The notes: generated by a model from the sequence alone, not told the origin. DNA of 64,000 bases from Candidatus Micrarchaeota archaeon (GCA_021850805.1 JAJZKO010000002.1:39520-103519), one strand, 5' to 3'; shown: positions 36,026 through 44,337, counted from the first letter of the stretch. Numbers and translations: made by a program.

Positions 36026-36679
36026 TTGCCTGATAAAAACTCACAGACAGGTATTACATACCTGATAGCCGCGCTCCTGATACTTATAGCGATACTCCTC
36101 GCAGAGCAGGACGCCGCACTATCATCTCTTAGGGCGCAACTCGTGTCATCTACCATGCTATCATCCGGGGCGAGCGCGCAGAACACATCCGCCGAGATAA
36201 ATGCAACAACGCATAAAAGCCCAACACCCGCAGCGATGCTTCAGATAAATCTATACGCATCTCCACTGCGCACAGTGCAAAACCTTCACATAAATGTTTC
36301 CGGCCCGGGCCTCTCTTTCTCGCTGCCGCTAAACTATACAGGCACGTATCCGTATCTGGCAGCCAACGCACTTGAGCAGAACAGCACCTATAACTCTACG
36401 ATGGCGATTAACTCCTCGCAAACGCAAATCTCCGCGAATGGAAGCGCAACCACTGGGTCATATCCTGCGATAATACCATACTTCTATCCTGAGCGGTATT
36501 CTCTGATTTTTGCAAATCTCAGGGAATACTCCTACTATAACGTTACTATAAGCGGATATTCGCGTCCATACTGCTACCGCGGTGTGGCGTGTCCAATGTT
36601 CATATCCCTTATACACATGAATTACACAATAGAGACAGGAGGACCGGGAAGCATATCTGAACTCAACATAAGTGCCTGA
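36026..36679 (+). CDS. secreted/anchored sequon-rich protein, possibly pilin-like
   Basis: TTG start. The N-terminus KNSQTGITYLIAALLILIAILLAE is a basic segment, then Q, then a hydrophobic helix. About eleven N-x-S/T sequons follow (NTS, NAT, NVS, NYT, NST, NSS, NGS, NVT, NIS and others). Confidence 0.5.
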   Translation: MPDKNSQTGITYLIAALLILIAILLAEQDAALSSLRAQLVSSTMLSSGASAQNTSAEINATTHKSPTPAAMLQINLYASPLRTVQNLHINVSGPGLSFSLPLNYTGTYPYLAANALEQNSTYNSTMAINSSQTQISANGSATTGSYPAIIPYFYPERYSLIFANLREYSYYNVTISGYSRPYCYRGVACPMFISLIHMNYTIETGGPGSISELNISA

Positions 36680-36722
36680 AGGATATAAATCGAGCATGCA
36701 TATGCGGTCATCTGACAACATA

Positions 36723-37613
36723 TCATGGATGCTGATAATTAGACTCCCAGTCAGTTAGGTATACCATATTCACAGCGTTGCCGTTATTGCCATTTCCGCT
36801 GTAGTCATTCCCGTTTCCATTCAGCGGCCACCACGCCAGCAAGCCATGCAGGTCTATGGGATCACCCCCTATCCCTTCAGCATAGAGCGCTGATATTCCA
36901 TTTGAAGATAGCATTGTGTTATAGACCTGCACGTTCGATATATATCCGTCTATCCCATCGTTGGGGCATCCGCCGCTACCCATGTCGCATCCTATGTATG
37001 TATCGTAAAAAGTCGGGGTTATTATCGGATCCGAGACAGTCTCCGTACCCACCTGCGTGCCATTTATATACCAATAAATATGGTTGTCCTGTGAAGAAAT
37101 TGCAAGAAAGACCCACTTGTGCATAGGGAAACTTCCGTATTGATTGAAATTATACCCCAAGGACGCTTCCAGGCCGCAATTGCCTGATGAAGGGTTGCAG
37201 TGAAGCTCCATTCCATAGCTATTCTCCCTGTCTATGACATCCTGCGACTGTGATGTGCTCTGCGAGCCGTTCACGTAAACCCATGCTGTTATAGTTATGT
37301 TGTTTGTAGTCAGGTTCAGCATGCTGCTTTTGGATTCGGAATTAATCTCCACATAACCATCTGTTATCATCGAGACATATTTTGGAAGTCCATTATTGCA
37401 TGTGCCCTGCAGACTTATCTGCTCTGTAGTTCCCGGGCCGTATGGCCGCTGCACTATGCAAGATCCCGGGTTAACTGTAGGTACAAAAGCAGAGCCGCTG
37501 AAGACCCCAAGCTCAAACAACGCACCTAAGACTATGGCAATTATGAGTATGGCCCACCCATATGTAGTAAGATACTCCATTGCTGACTGATTTTTGGCCT
37601 GAATCATGATCAT
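36723..37613 (-). CDS. class III signal peptide (pilin-like) protein with LamG/concanavalin-like lectin domain
   Basis: The N-terminus is MIMIQAKNQSAMEYLTTYGWAILIIAIVLGALFELGVFSGS. The body has LamG-like strands: ITITAWVYVNG, WVFLAISSQDNHIYWYINGTQVG and DGYISNVQVYNTMLS. Confidence 0.75.
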   Translation of the reverse strand: MIMIQAKNQSAMEYLTTYGWAILIIAIVLGALFELGVFSGSAFVPTVNPGSCIVQRPYGPGTTEQISLQGTCNNGLPKYVSMITDGYVEINSESKSSMLNLTTNNITITAWVYVNGSQSTSQSQDVIDRENSYGMELHCNPSSGNCGLEASLGYNFNQYGSFPMHKWVFLAISSQDNHIYWYINGTQVGTETVSDPIITPTFYDTYIGCDMGSGGCPNDGIDGYISNVQVYNTMLSSNGISALYAEGIGGDPIDLHGLLAWWPLNGNGNDYSGNGNNGNAVNMVYLTDWESNYQHP

Positions 37614-37628
37614 ATATATAAAAGCTAA

Positions 37629-37636
37629 ATTTAAAT
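37629..37636 (-). promoter_or_regulatory. TATA box (ATTTAAAT) for LamG-pilin gene
   Basis: ATTTAAAT lies 16-25 nt upstream of the two candidate ATGs (37613 and 37607), suggesting a leaderless transcript. Confidence 0.4.
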
Positions 37637-37662
37637 GCTTGCTAACGCCAACCTATTTTTCA

Positions 37663-39078
37663 TCACGCAGTACAGCAGCTTAACCTTGACACGTCCTCAT
37701 AAAAAGACTGTGCAGCAAGTTTGAAGCTCTCGCTGAGAGTAGGGAAGACATGCACAGTATCTATTATGTCATCTATAGTAAGGCCGAATTTCACCGCTAA
37801 CACGCCTTCATGTATCATATCCGCAGCGTGAGATGCAAGCATATGCACACCAAGTATCTTCTTGGTCTTGTGGTCAATTACTATCTTAACTACTCCCCTA
37901 TAATCTCCTACAATCTTTGCCTTAGGAACAAGGGCAAGGTTCAAAGGGCTGCAAGCGCACCGTATCCCGTCTTTCACTACTTGCTCTTCAGTCATCCCGA
38001 CCATCGCCGCTTCTGGATATGTAAATATGGCACTTGGTATCTCATTCAAATTTATTCTTTTCTTAGCATGCTGGAAGATATTTGACGTTGCTACATTTCC
38101 CTCTTTCGCTGCGAGGGTCTCAAGCATCGGCTGCCCAGTTACGTCACCAGCTGCATATATCACCTTTGATGATGTCCTTAGGGTCTTGTCCACAATTACG
38201 AACTTCTTACCATCAAGCCTGATTCCTGCCGCTGTTGCATTGAGCTTTTCAGTATTCGCAGCCCTTCCAGTCGCAAACAAGACCTCATCCGCTTCGTAAT
38301 AAAACGTCCTTTCCCCTATCTTCGCTTTCAGGATCTTCCGTCCCCTGTTTTTGTCTATGCCAACCGGTTCTGCATCTGTTACTATCTTAACCCCTCCTTT
38401 CTCCAGGTAACTTTTAAGATACTCGCTTATCTCAGGCTCCCAGTTAGGTATTATCCTGCTGCTCCTCTGGAGCAACGTAACCTTAACCCCAAAATCTGAG
38501 AACATCTGCGCAAATTCAAGCCCTATAGCTCTCCCGCCGATTATTAAGATAGAGTCTGGCAGCTTCCTCAAGGATAGTGCATCCTCGCTTGTCAGATAAT
38601 CCACTTTTGACAAACCTTCGAGCTCCGGGACCATGGCACGCGCTCCTGTAGCTACAAGCGTATTTTTTGCGGCAATCTCCATTCTGCCTGCCTTGATCGT
38701 ATCCTCGTCTATAAAAGATCCGAAAGAATTGATGTACGTCACATTCTCAAGTGATTCTAGAACAGTGCCGTACTTCTCATTCCTAAGCTTCTCCACGAGC
38801 CGCTTCTTCTCCTGGAAAATCTCTTCATAGTCAATTCCGTTAACATGATAATCGACCCCGCGGAATCTTCTCTCGCCAAGCTCCCTGAAGAATGTGCTTA
38901 CGGTGAGTAGCCTCTTACTCGGAACGCATCCTACATTGATGCATGTACCACCAAGAATTGTGCCTTTGGTCGCATTCCTCCCTATCATAACCGTGCGCAC
39001 TCCTAAGCTATTTGCCTTTATAGCCGCAGAGAAGGCGGCCGAACCTTGGCCTATTATGGCATAATCAAATTTCTCTAT
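37663..39078 (-). CDS. merA: mercuric reductase MerA (core enzyme without NmerA domain); start codon non-canonical or unresolved
   Basis: It has the redox-active CINVGCVPSK and a C-terminal vicinal pair SRLSCCTA. The Rossmann motif FDYAIIGQGSAAFSAA is encoded in frame at 39016-39069, upstream of the first ATG/GTG. Between the in-frame TGA (39079-39081) and that motif, the only start-like codon is ATA at 39076-39078. Confidence 0.75.
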   Translation of the reverse strand: MEKFDYAIIGQGSAAFSAAIKANSLGVRTVMIGRNATKGTILGGTCINVGCVPSKRLLTVSTFFRELGERRFRGVDYHVNGIDYEEIFQEKKRLVEKLRNEKYGTVLESLENVTYINSFGSFIDEDTIKAGRMEIAAKNTLVATGARAMVPELEGLSKVDYLTSEDALSLRKLPDSILIIGGRAIGLEFAQMFSDFGVKVTLLQRSSRIIPNWEPEISEYLKSYLEKGGVKIVTDAEPVGIDKNRGRKILKAKIGERTFYYEADEVLFATGRAANTEKLNATAAGIRLDGKKFVIVDKTLRTSSKVIYAAGDVTGQPMLETLAAKEGNVATSNIFQHAKKRINLNEIPSAIFTYPEAAMVGMTEEQVVKDGIRCACSPLNLALVPKAKIVGDYRGVVKIVIDHKTKKILGVHMLASHAADMIHEGVLAVKFGLTIDDIIDTVHVFPTLSESFKLAAQSFYEDVSRLSCCTA

Positions 39079-39407
39079 TCAATCGCCCTGTAAATATAGT
39101 CCTTATCTGCTATGTTGCACGAGATTATATCCTTCTTATACTTATCTATGTGCCCTATTATGTCCCTGATTATCGGTCTGACTTCGCCATTAAGCCCATA
39201 GATCCTCTCCTTGCCTTCCTTCCTTGCGCTTACGAATCCGCAGTTGAGAAGGCAGACCATATGGTGTGAGACATTGCTCTGCTCTATCCCAGTGGATGAT
39301 ACTATATCACTAACCCTGAGCTCCTTGTCAAGCAAAGCCGCAAGTATGCTGAACCTGCTGTAATCGCCTATTGCGAAGAAGAAAGTCTTAACTGCTATCT
39401 TATCCAT
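39075..39407 (-). CDS. ArsR/SmtB-family metalloregulator
   Basis: 110 aa. HTH segment LRVSDIVSSTGIEQSNVSHHMVCLLNCGFVSARKEGKERIY, with cysteines in the recognition region. It lies immediately upstream of merA. Confidence 0.8.
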   Translation of the reverse strand: MDKIAVKTFFFAIGDYSRFSILAALLDKELRVSDIVSSTGIEQSNVSHHMVCLLNCGFVSARKEGKERIYGLNGEVRPIIRDIIGHIDKYKKDIISCNIADKDYIYRAIE

Positions 39408-39411
39408 AAAA

Positions 39412-39975
39412 TCACTCTATAGAAGCATTTATCGCATCCTTAAGCTGCGGCAAGGTAACTGAGGGCGAGCCATTTATGTATAATACGGTGCCGTTTGCAG
39501 AAACTAAGTAATATATATCCAGGTATCCCTCCGGATCGTAAGCAGCAGTAATATTATAGCCCGCTACTCCTGGTGTTATGGTGCCGTTTGCATAAGCATC
39601 AGGTGCATAAGAGCTAACAAACTCACCTATTGGCTGGCCTGCATAGCCAAGGTCCTTGTAAAGTTCCAGCTCCACTATCTTCACGCCTCTCTTCCTGAAA
39701 AAGCTATAGTTTCCATTCAATGCAGAGTTCCCCTGCGCACACGTCGGGCACCATGTGGCAACAAACCAAAAAAGAACCTCATGCCCCCTATATGATGAGA
39801 CATTAGCCTCTGAGCCGTTTTCAAGAAGGAAGGAATAGTTTGGCGCCTTCATTCCTACAGTAATATTCCGAATGCCTGGGCTGCTATGACTATTCCCCTG
39901 AAAAACAGAGTAGAGAATGACCAAAGCAATTATCCCTAGAATAAGCACAGCAGGAACGATATATTTTAGTCTCAT
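39412..39975 (-). CDS. membrane-anchored thioredoxin-fold protein (TlpA/redoxin-like)
   Basis: It has an N-terminal TM anchor and then FWFVATWCPTCAQG (CxxC). ATG at 39975 forms an ATGA overlap with the stop of the upstream membrane-protein gene. The ORF track start at 39993 is also possible. Confidence 0.75.
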   Translation of the reverse strand: MRLKYIVPAVLILGIIALVILYSVFQGNSHSSPGIRNITVGMKAPNYSFLLENGSEANVSSYRGHEVLFWFVATWCPTCAQGNSALNGNYSFFRKRGVKIVELELYKDLGYAGQPIGEFVSSYAPDAYANGTITPGVAGYNITAAYDPEGYLDIYYLVSANGTVLYINGSPSVTLPQLKDAINASIE

Positions 39976-40499
39976 TTTTTCACCATGCAGCATCTCCCAA
40001 CTTTCATGGCCTCCATCAATACGCTTATCACAAGAAGTGCAGCAGATGCAAGCATAATCGGAATCTCGTAAGTCGCAAAAGGCCCCTGCAGCTTCCCCGT
40101 AACTCCTATTATAGTAGATGTCGATGCGCCAATTGCGGCAAGCAGTGCAGGTATAACTGAGGTGCAGCAGAGGGCTCCGGGGATTGCAATGGCTATTGCA
40201 GCTCCAAGACCTGATTTAGTGCTCATCTTCACACTATTCGAGAATGCGAAAGCATTGATGACTATTGATAGTGACAACAGCACTCCAATAATTGCAGCAA
40301 AAGAAATTGCATAAAGACCAAGCCCAAGAGCAAGATGCGGTGCAGCGAGGTTTAACGAGGAGCCACGCAGCAGATACGAATAAGCGAAGAAGAAAAGTAT
40401 TGCAAGGAATGCAAACGCCGCAAGGTATGCCCTGCGCCCAAGAACCATGCGTATTCCATTAGACGCCTCAGTCCGCATAACATATGAATGGCCATTCAT
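39972..40499 (-). CDS. small polytopic membrane protein with two vicinal cysteine pairs (candidate Hg(II)/thiol transporter)
   Basis: 175 aa with four to five hydrophobic segments. One CC pair sits inside a helix (IPGALCCTSVIPALL) and one at the C-terminus (VGRCCMVKK). This is the first gene of the merA-containing operon. Confidence 0.55.
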   Translation of the reverse strand: MNGHSYVMRTEASNGIRMVLGRRAYLAAFAFLAILFFFAYSYLLRGSSLNLAAPHLALGLGLYAISFAAIIGVLLSLSIVINAFAFSNSVKMSTKSGLGAAIAIAIPGALCCTSVIPALLAAIGASTSTIIGVTGKLQGPFATYEIPIMLASAALLVISVLMEAMKVGRCCMVKK

Positions 40500-40597
40500 A
40501 TTTATATTCTTTACTACACTTAATGCATCTGCGGTGTTATAGAGTCATGCATACCATTATACTGTCTGGGCCTCTATACAAAACCCAAAATTACATT

Positions 40598-40672
40598 TGC
40601 TCCCATCGGGATTTGAACCCGAGTTGCGGGGTTGAAAGCCCCACGTCCTTGGCCGGACTAGACGATAGGAGC
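40598..40672 (-). tRNA. tRNA-Glu (anticodon UUC)
   Basis: Read on the minus strand: GCTCCTA-TC-GTCT-AGTCCGGCCA-AGGAC-G-TGGGG-CTTTCAA-CCCCG-CAAC-TCGGG-TTCAAAT-CCCGA-TGGGAGC-A. This is a canonical cloverleaf. Confidence 0.92.
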
Positions 40673-40675
40673 GCA

Positions 40676-41266
40676 TTAAATTTTATCCTCAATCACAGAT
40701 AAAATACTATCCCTGATGCTGCTCTCGTCTCTCGAAGCATCAATCATGACAAATCCGCCATATCTCTTTGAGAGCATAAGGTAGCCTTCTCTAACCCTCC
40801 TAAGAAAGTCAAGCTTCTCAAAGAACTCTCCTCTCTCATTCCGCTTCCCTATCCTCTGAACAGCCGCTTCTGGATCAATGTCCATCAGGAATGTTATATC
40901 CGGAATCCTGAACCTGGAATTAAGCTTCTCTATCCATTCCACCTCGAGCCCAGCGCCGTATCCGTAAGCCAGGGTTGAGAAGAGATACCTGTCAGTTATA
41001 ACTCCGTGCCCTTCCTTTAGCATCGGCTCGACGAATGTCTCCATGTGATACGCCCTGTCCGCCGTGAAGAGTAGCTGTATAGTATCCTGGCTGAGCTCTT
41101 GCTCCTTGAGGAGCTCTTTTATGAACATCCCTATCCTGCTCTCCGTGGGCTCCTTGGTGAGTACGAACCCCTTTCCTTTCAGGCTTTCGTAGAGAAGGCG
41201 TGCAACAGTGCTCTTTCCGGAGCCATCTATGCCCTCTAAGGCTACGAACATAATATCACAGGACAA
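40676..41266 (-). CDS. tmk: thymidylate kinase
   Basis: 196 aa. It has the P-loop ALEGIDGSGKST, plus TDRYLFSTLAYG. Confidence 0.85.
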   Translation of the reverse strand: MSCDIMFVALEGIDGSGKSTVARLLYESLKGKGFVLTKEPTESRIGMFIKELLKEQELSQDTIQLLFTADRAYHMETFVEPMLKEGHGVITDRYLFSTLAYGYGAGLEVEWIEKLNSRFRIPDITFLMDIDPEAAVQRIGKRNERGEFFEKLDFLRRVREGYLMLSKRYGGFVMIDASRDESSIRDSILSVIEDKI

Positions 41267-41316
41267 GAGTTAATCGGGTTACTGGTTTTAATATTTTATG
41301 CAAGCATCTTGGTAGT

Positions 41317-41856
41317 ATGATACTTTCAGACTTTGACCTTGAGAGCCTTATAAAGGAGAAGAGGCTTGTGATAAAGCCATTCAAGAAGGACATTATAAGG
41401 GAAAACGGCCTTGACCTGCGCCTCTCGAACGAGATAGCAAAGCACATCAAGCGTCCGGCAGGGTTTGTACTGGATCCTTCCAACCCAAAACACGTCAACA
41501 ACGAATACGTATCTGAGAAGAACAGCCGAGAACTTATAATAGAGTCCGGATCGCAGGTGCTTCTCTCTACTATAGAGAATGTGAAGCTCCCAGAAAATCT
41601 TATAGGATTCGTTGAACTGAGGAGCACATGGGCACGCCACGGCCTCATAATGCCGCCCACAATCATAGATGCAGGTTTCGCAGGCAATATAACGCTTGAG
41701 GTGTTCAATGCCGCAAGCAGCGGCATACTTCTAAGGCCTGGAACAAGATTTGCGCACGTTATATTTGCCACTACACTGAATAGGGTACGCAATCCTTACA
41801 AGGGCACGTACCTCAATCAGAAGGGGATAAAATTCCCCAAAGTAATAGGAAAGTAG
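41317..41856 (+). CDS. dcd: dCTP deaminase (dUTPase superfamily)
   Basis: 179 aa. It contains MILSDFDL...LVIKPF, ENGLDLRL and the pattern IDAGFAGNITLE. Confidence 0.8.
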   Translation: MILSDFDLESLIKEKRLVIKPFKKDIIRENGLDLRLSNEIAKHIKRPAGFVLDPSNPKHVNNEYVSEKNSRELIIESGSQVLLSTIENVKLPENLIGFVELRSTWARHGLIMPPTIIDAGFAGNITLEVFNAASSGILLRPGTRFAHVIFATTLNRVRNPYKGTYLNQKGIKFPKVIGK

Positions 41857-41860
41857 GAAA

Positions 41861-42139
41861 TTACCTTGTAAGGTCTTCCACTTCGTCTTTTCTCGCTTCC
41901 TGGGATCCTGGGACAGGTGCTGATACCAGAACCACGTCGCCTACATTCTTTACGCTCTTGTAGAGTATGCTCTTCTGCCTCAAGGCACCCTTTGCGTCTC
42001 CGCGTATGTTCTTCCAAGGAACCATAAGAAGCCTGCTCACTTCGCCCTTCTCAAGATCCACTATAACATCCTGCACTTCACCAAGATACTGACCGGAATC
42101 GCTGTATATATCCATGCTATATATTTCAGAGATCTTCAT
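41861..42139 (-). CDS. PRC-barrel domain protein
   Basis: 92 aa. The motif DIYSDSGQYLGEVQDVIVDLEKGEVSRLLM is typical of archaeal PRC-barrel proteins. Confidence 0.65.
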   Translation of the reverse strand: MKISEIYSMDIYSDSGQYLGEVQDVIVDLEKGEVSRLLMVPWKNIRGDAKGALRQKSILYKSVKNVGDVVLVSAPVPGSQEARKDEVEDLTR

Positions 42140-42172
42140 GCCATCGCCTATGAATAGTATTCATGAGGCATG

Positions 42173-42189
42173 TATTTAAACCTTTGTAG
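42173..42189 (+). promoter_or_regulatory. promoter-like element TATTTAAACCTTTGTAG (related to the 20-mer at 34155/60004)
   Basis: It shares TATTTAAAYCTTT with the other two copies. It lies about 90 nt upstream of the ATP-grasp gene start at 42278. Confidence 0.35.
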
Positions 42190-42277
42190 AGGGAAAGCGC
42201 CACCATATATCAGCGATGCTCTTACGCCAAACAACCCTAATATAAATTACCGCTTCCGATAAGTATACGCGATTGGG

Positions 42278-43174
42278 ATGGAAATAGGCGTTATATCATC
42301 ATCAGAAGGCTACTCGAACGAAGAGCTCAGGGACCTCAAGAAGGCGATATCCAAGAGCGGCGCAGAGTACATAAACATAAACCTCTCAGAGTCGTTTGTC
42401 AGGATAGAGAAAGGTGCGGTTGCTGTAATGCACACAGATGGCGGCAAGGCGGAACGCATAACCCCAGAAGCTGCGGTAATGAGGAGCATAGGGATAATAA
42501 GGGATTATGAGCAGTTTAGCCACAGGCTCTGGCTCGCGCAGGCAATGGAACTAAATGGCATGACCATATCAAACAAGATATCTTCATGGGTATCTGCAAG
42601 CGACAAGCTCGGCACTCTCGTAATCCTCTCAAAGCACAAAATACCTGTGCCAGATACCACATCAAGCGAGAACTTCTTCCACGGATATGCCGCAGTCAGG
42701 AAATATGCCGATACGGTGATAAAGCCGCTAAGGAGCGGCAAGGGCATAGGCGTCTTCCGCATAAGCGATCCTGATGCGGCAATGCATATATTCAGTTATT
42801 TCACCAACCTGAGCAAGCCAATATACGTACAGCGATTTCTGGAGAAGAAAGGCAGCGGCGACTTCAGGGTGGTGGTAGTTAATGGCGAGGTGATAGGCGC
42901 AGAGTTCAGGAAGGCAAAAAGCTGGAAGAGCAACGTCGCCCAGGGCGCCGAGCCTAGAAAGGCACACATAAATGCGGAAATGAGAGAGATTGCGATAAAA
43001 GCTACTGGGGCGCTTAAGCTGGATTACGCAGGGATAGACATAGCAGATACAAAAGACGGATATTACGTGCTCGAGGCCAACCCTACCATATCCTGGTCGG
43101 GGTTCAGGAGAGTTACCGGAGTTAACCCTGCGCCCTATATAATAAAAAACCTGATCTCAAAGGCAAGGAACTAG
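42278..43174 (+). CDS. RimK-family ATP-grasp ligase (alpha-L-glutamate/amino-acid ligase type)
   Basis: 298 aa. ATP-grasp layout: VIKPLRSGKGIGVFR, YVQRFLEK..GDFRVVVVNGEVIG, and AGIDIADTKDGYYVLEANPT. Confidence 0.75.
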   Translation: MEIGVISSSEGYSNEELRDLKKAISKSGAEYININLSESFVRIEKGAVAVMHTDGGKAERITPEAAVMRSIGIIRDYEQFSHRLWLAQAMELNGMTISNKISSWVSASDKLGTLVILSKHKIPVPDTTSSENFFHGYAAVRKYADTVIKPLRSGKGIGVFRISDPDAAMHIFSYFTNLSKPIYVQRFLEKKGSGDFRVVVVNGEVIGAEFRKAKSWKSNVAQGAEPRKAHINAEMREIAIKATGALKLDYAGIDIADTKDGYYVLEANPTISWSGFRRVTGVNPAPYIIKNLISKARN

Positions 43175-43182
43175 CATGCGCT

Positions 43183-44337
43183 TTATGGCTGCATCCAGTC
43201 TATCTCATAGTATTCGTTCTTGCTTCCCGAGATTTTTATCTGCCTTACCTTGTAATATGTAACCGAAGTCTCCCTGTCAGCTATGGCAACTATAAGTTCC
43301 ATCTTCTTCTCTTTGGCAGCCTTTATTGCTCCTGCAAATTCTGCCCCGCCTATGTACTCCTCCTCGCTCAGCGAGAGCATGCAGTATCGCGGAGCCGCGC
43401 TGTCAGGGTTTTCCGCATCGCCTCCCTTCCTATGGTAAAGTATAAAGTCTATACCCACCTTTTTCGCCACCGTGCCTCCGGTAACGGCCAGTATGAACGT
43501 CTTCCTCACAGAATGTGCAACCCTTATTACCCTCGCCCATTCCGATATAAGCAGCCTAGACTCACGCGGGAATACGTGTATCACATGCTTTGAGTGTATC
43601 CAGTCCTTTGCCCCCTCCTTAACCGGCTTTGCGCCTGGAAAATACAGTCTGAAATGAGTGCCGAACTTGAAGCCTGTCTTTATCACGTAACCTTTCTCCC
43701 TCCAGTCCCTGTAGACTTCGTATAAGCTTAGGAAATCAGCCCTCCTTGCCTTGGCAAGACGGATCAGCTCCTGCTTGCTTATATTAAGCTTCAGCATGCC
43801 CATCTCCATCAGGAAGAGGCTCTCGTATACATCAAGTTTGTTGAGCTGCCCTCTCTCGGCAGCTTTGTAAGATCCGTACTGTCCGAACCAGAGAGTCTCA
43901 TAAAGCTCCTTACCTTTCTCATTATCGTCCACTATTGATATGAGGTCGCTCTTGAAGAAAATCCCTGATACAGAGTAATCAGGAAGCGATAACCCCGCTT
44001 TCGGGTAGGATTTCACAGGGGTCTTGTCAGGCGGCTTATATTCCGATGCAGTCCCTCTTACTACCAGCCCCCTGTCCCTCCAATCCTTATATGTGAAGTA
44101 TCTCGCAGTGAATTTCTTGTCGCTCCAGAATCTTGCTGCGATATCATTAAAGGAGACGCCTCTGCCCATACTGGTGCATTTTGCGTTCCTTACGTCTATA
44201 AGATACAGCGCCTCTTCAGGGATGAGCATTGTGCGCCTGCCTGCCTCTTCCCCGAAGAATCCTTTCTTAAGCAGATCCTTGGATGACTGGTCGCTTGCAA
44301 ATATGCTCTTCCTTGACTTAAACTCTATCTCAAGCAT
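43183..44337 (-). CDS. endA: tRNA-splicing endonuclease EndA, long multi-unit form
   Basis: - Catalytic unit: YEVYRDWREKGYVIKTGFKFGTHFRLYFPG...HSKHVIHV...AHSVRKTFILAV, carrying the Y/H/K triad.
- N-terminal side: a partial EndA-like unit (YFTYKDWRDRGLVVRG).
- C-terminal side: a structural-unit-like segment (ELIVAIADRETSVTYYKV).
- The start was set at ATG 44337, 4 nt after the GT4 stop. The ORF is open up to 44490. Confidence 0.8.
   Translation of the reverse strand: MLEIEFKSRKSIFASDQSSKDLLKKGFFGEEAGRRTMLIPEEALYLIDVRNAKCTSMGRGVSFNDIAARFWSDKKFTARYFTYKDWRDRGLVVRGTASEYKPPDKTPVKSYPKAGLSLPDYSVSGIFFKSDLISIVDDNEKGKELYETLWFGQYGSYKAAERGQLNKLDVYESLFLMEMGMLKLNISKQELIRLAKARRADFLSLYEVYRDWREKGYVIKTGFKFGTHFRLYFPGAKPVKEGAKDWIHSKHVIHVFPRESRLLISEWARVIRVAHSVRKTFILAVTGGTVAKKVGIDFILYHRKGGDAENPDSAAPRYCMLSLSEEEYIGGAEFAGAIKAAKEKKMELIVAIADRETSVTYYKVRQIKISGSKNEYYEIDWMQP

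Noticed and set aside
37663-40672. mer operon as a tRNA-Glu-targeted genomic island
   Set aside because: The operon does abut the 3' end of tRNA-Glu. However, I found no integrase gene and no copy of the tRNA 3' segment (GGGTTCAAATCCCGATGGGAGC or its complement) in the nearby spacers at 37614-37662, 35202-35220 or 35965-36025. There is no positive evidence of mobility.
40484-40702. 72-aa plus-strand ORF
   Set aside because: It lies across the tRNA-Glu gene (40598-40672, minus strand) and the tmk 3' end, so it is an artefact.
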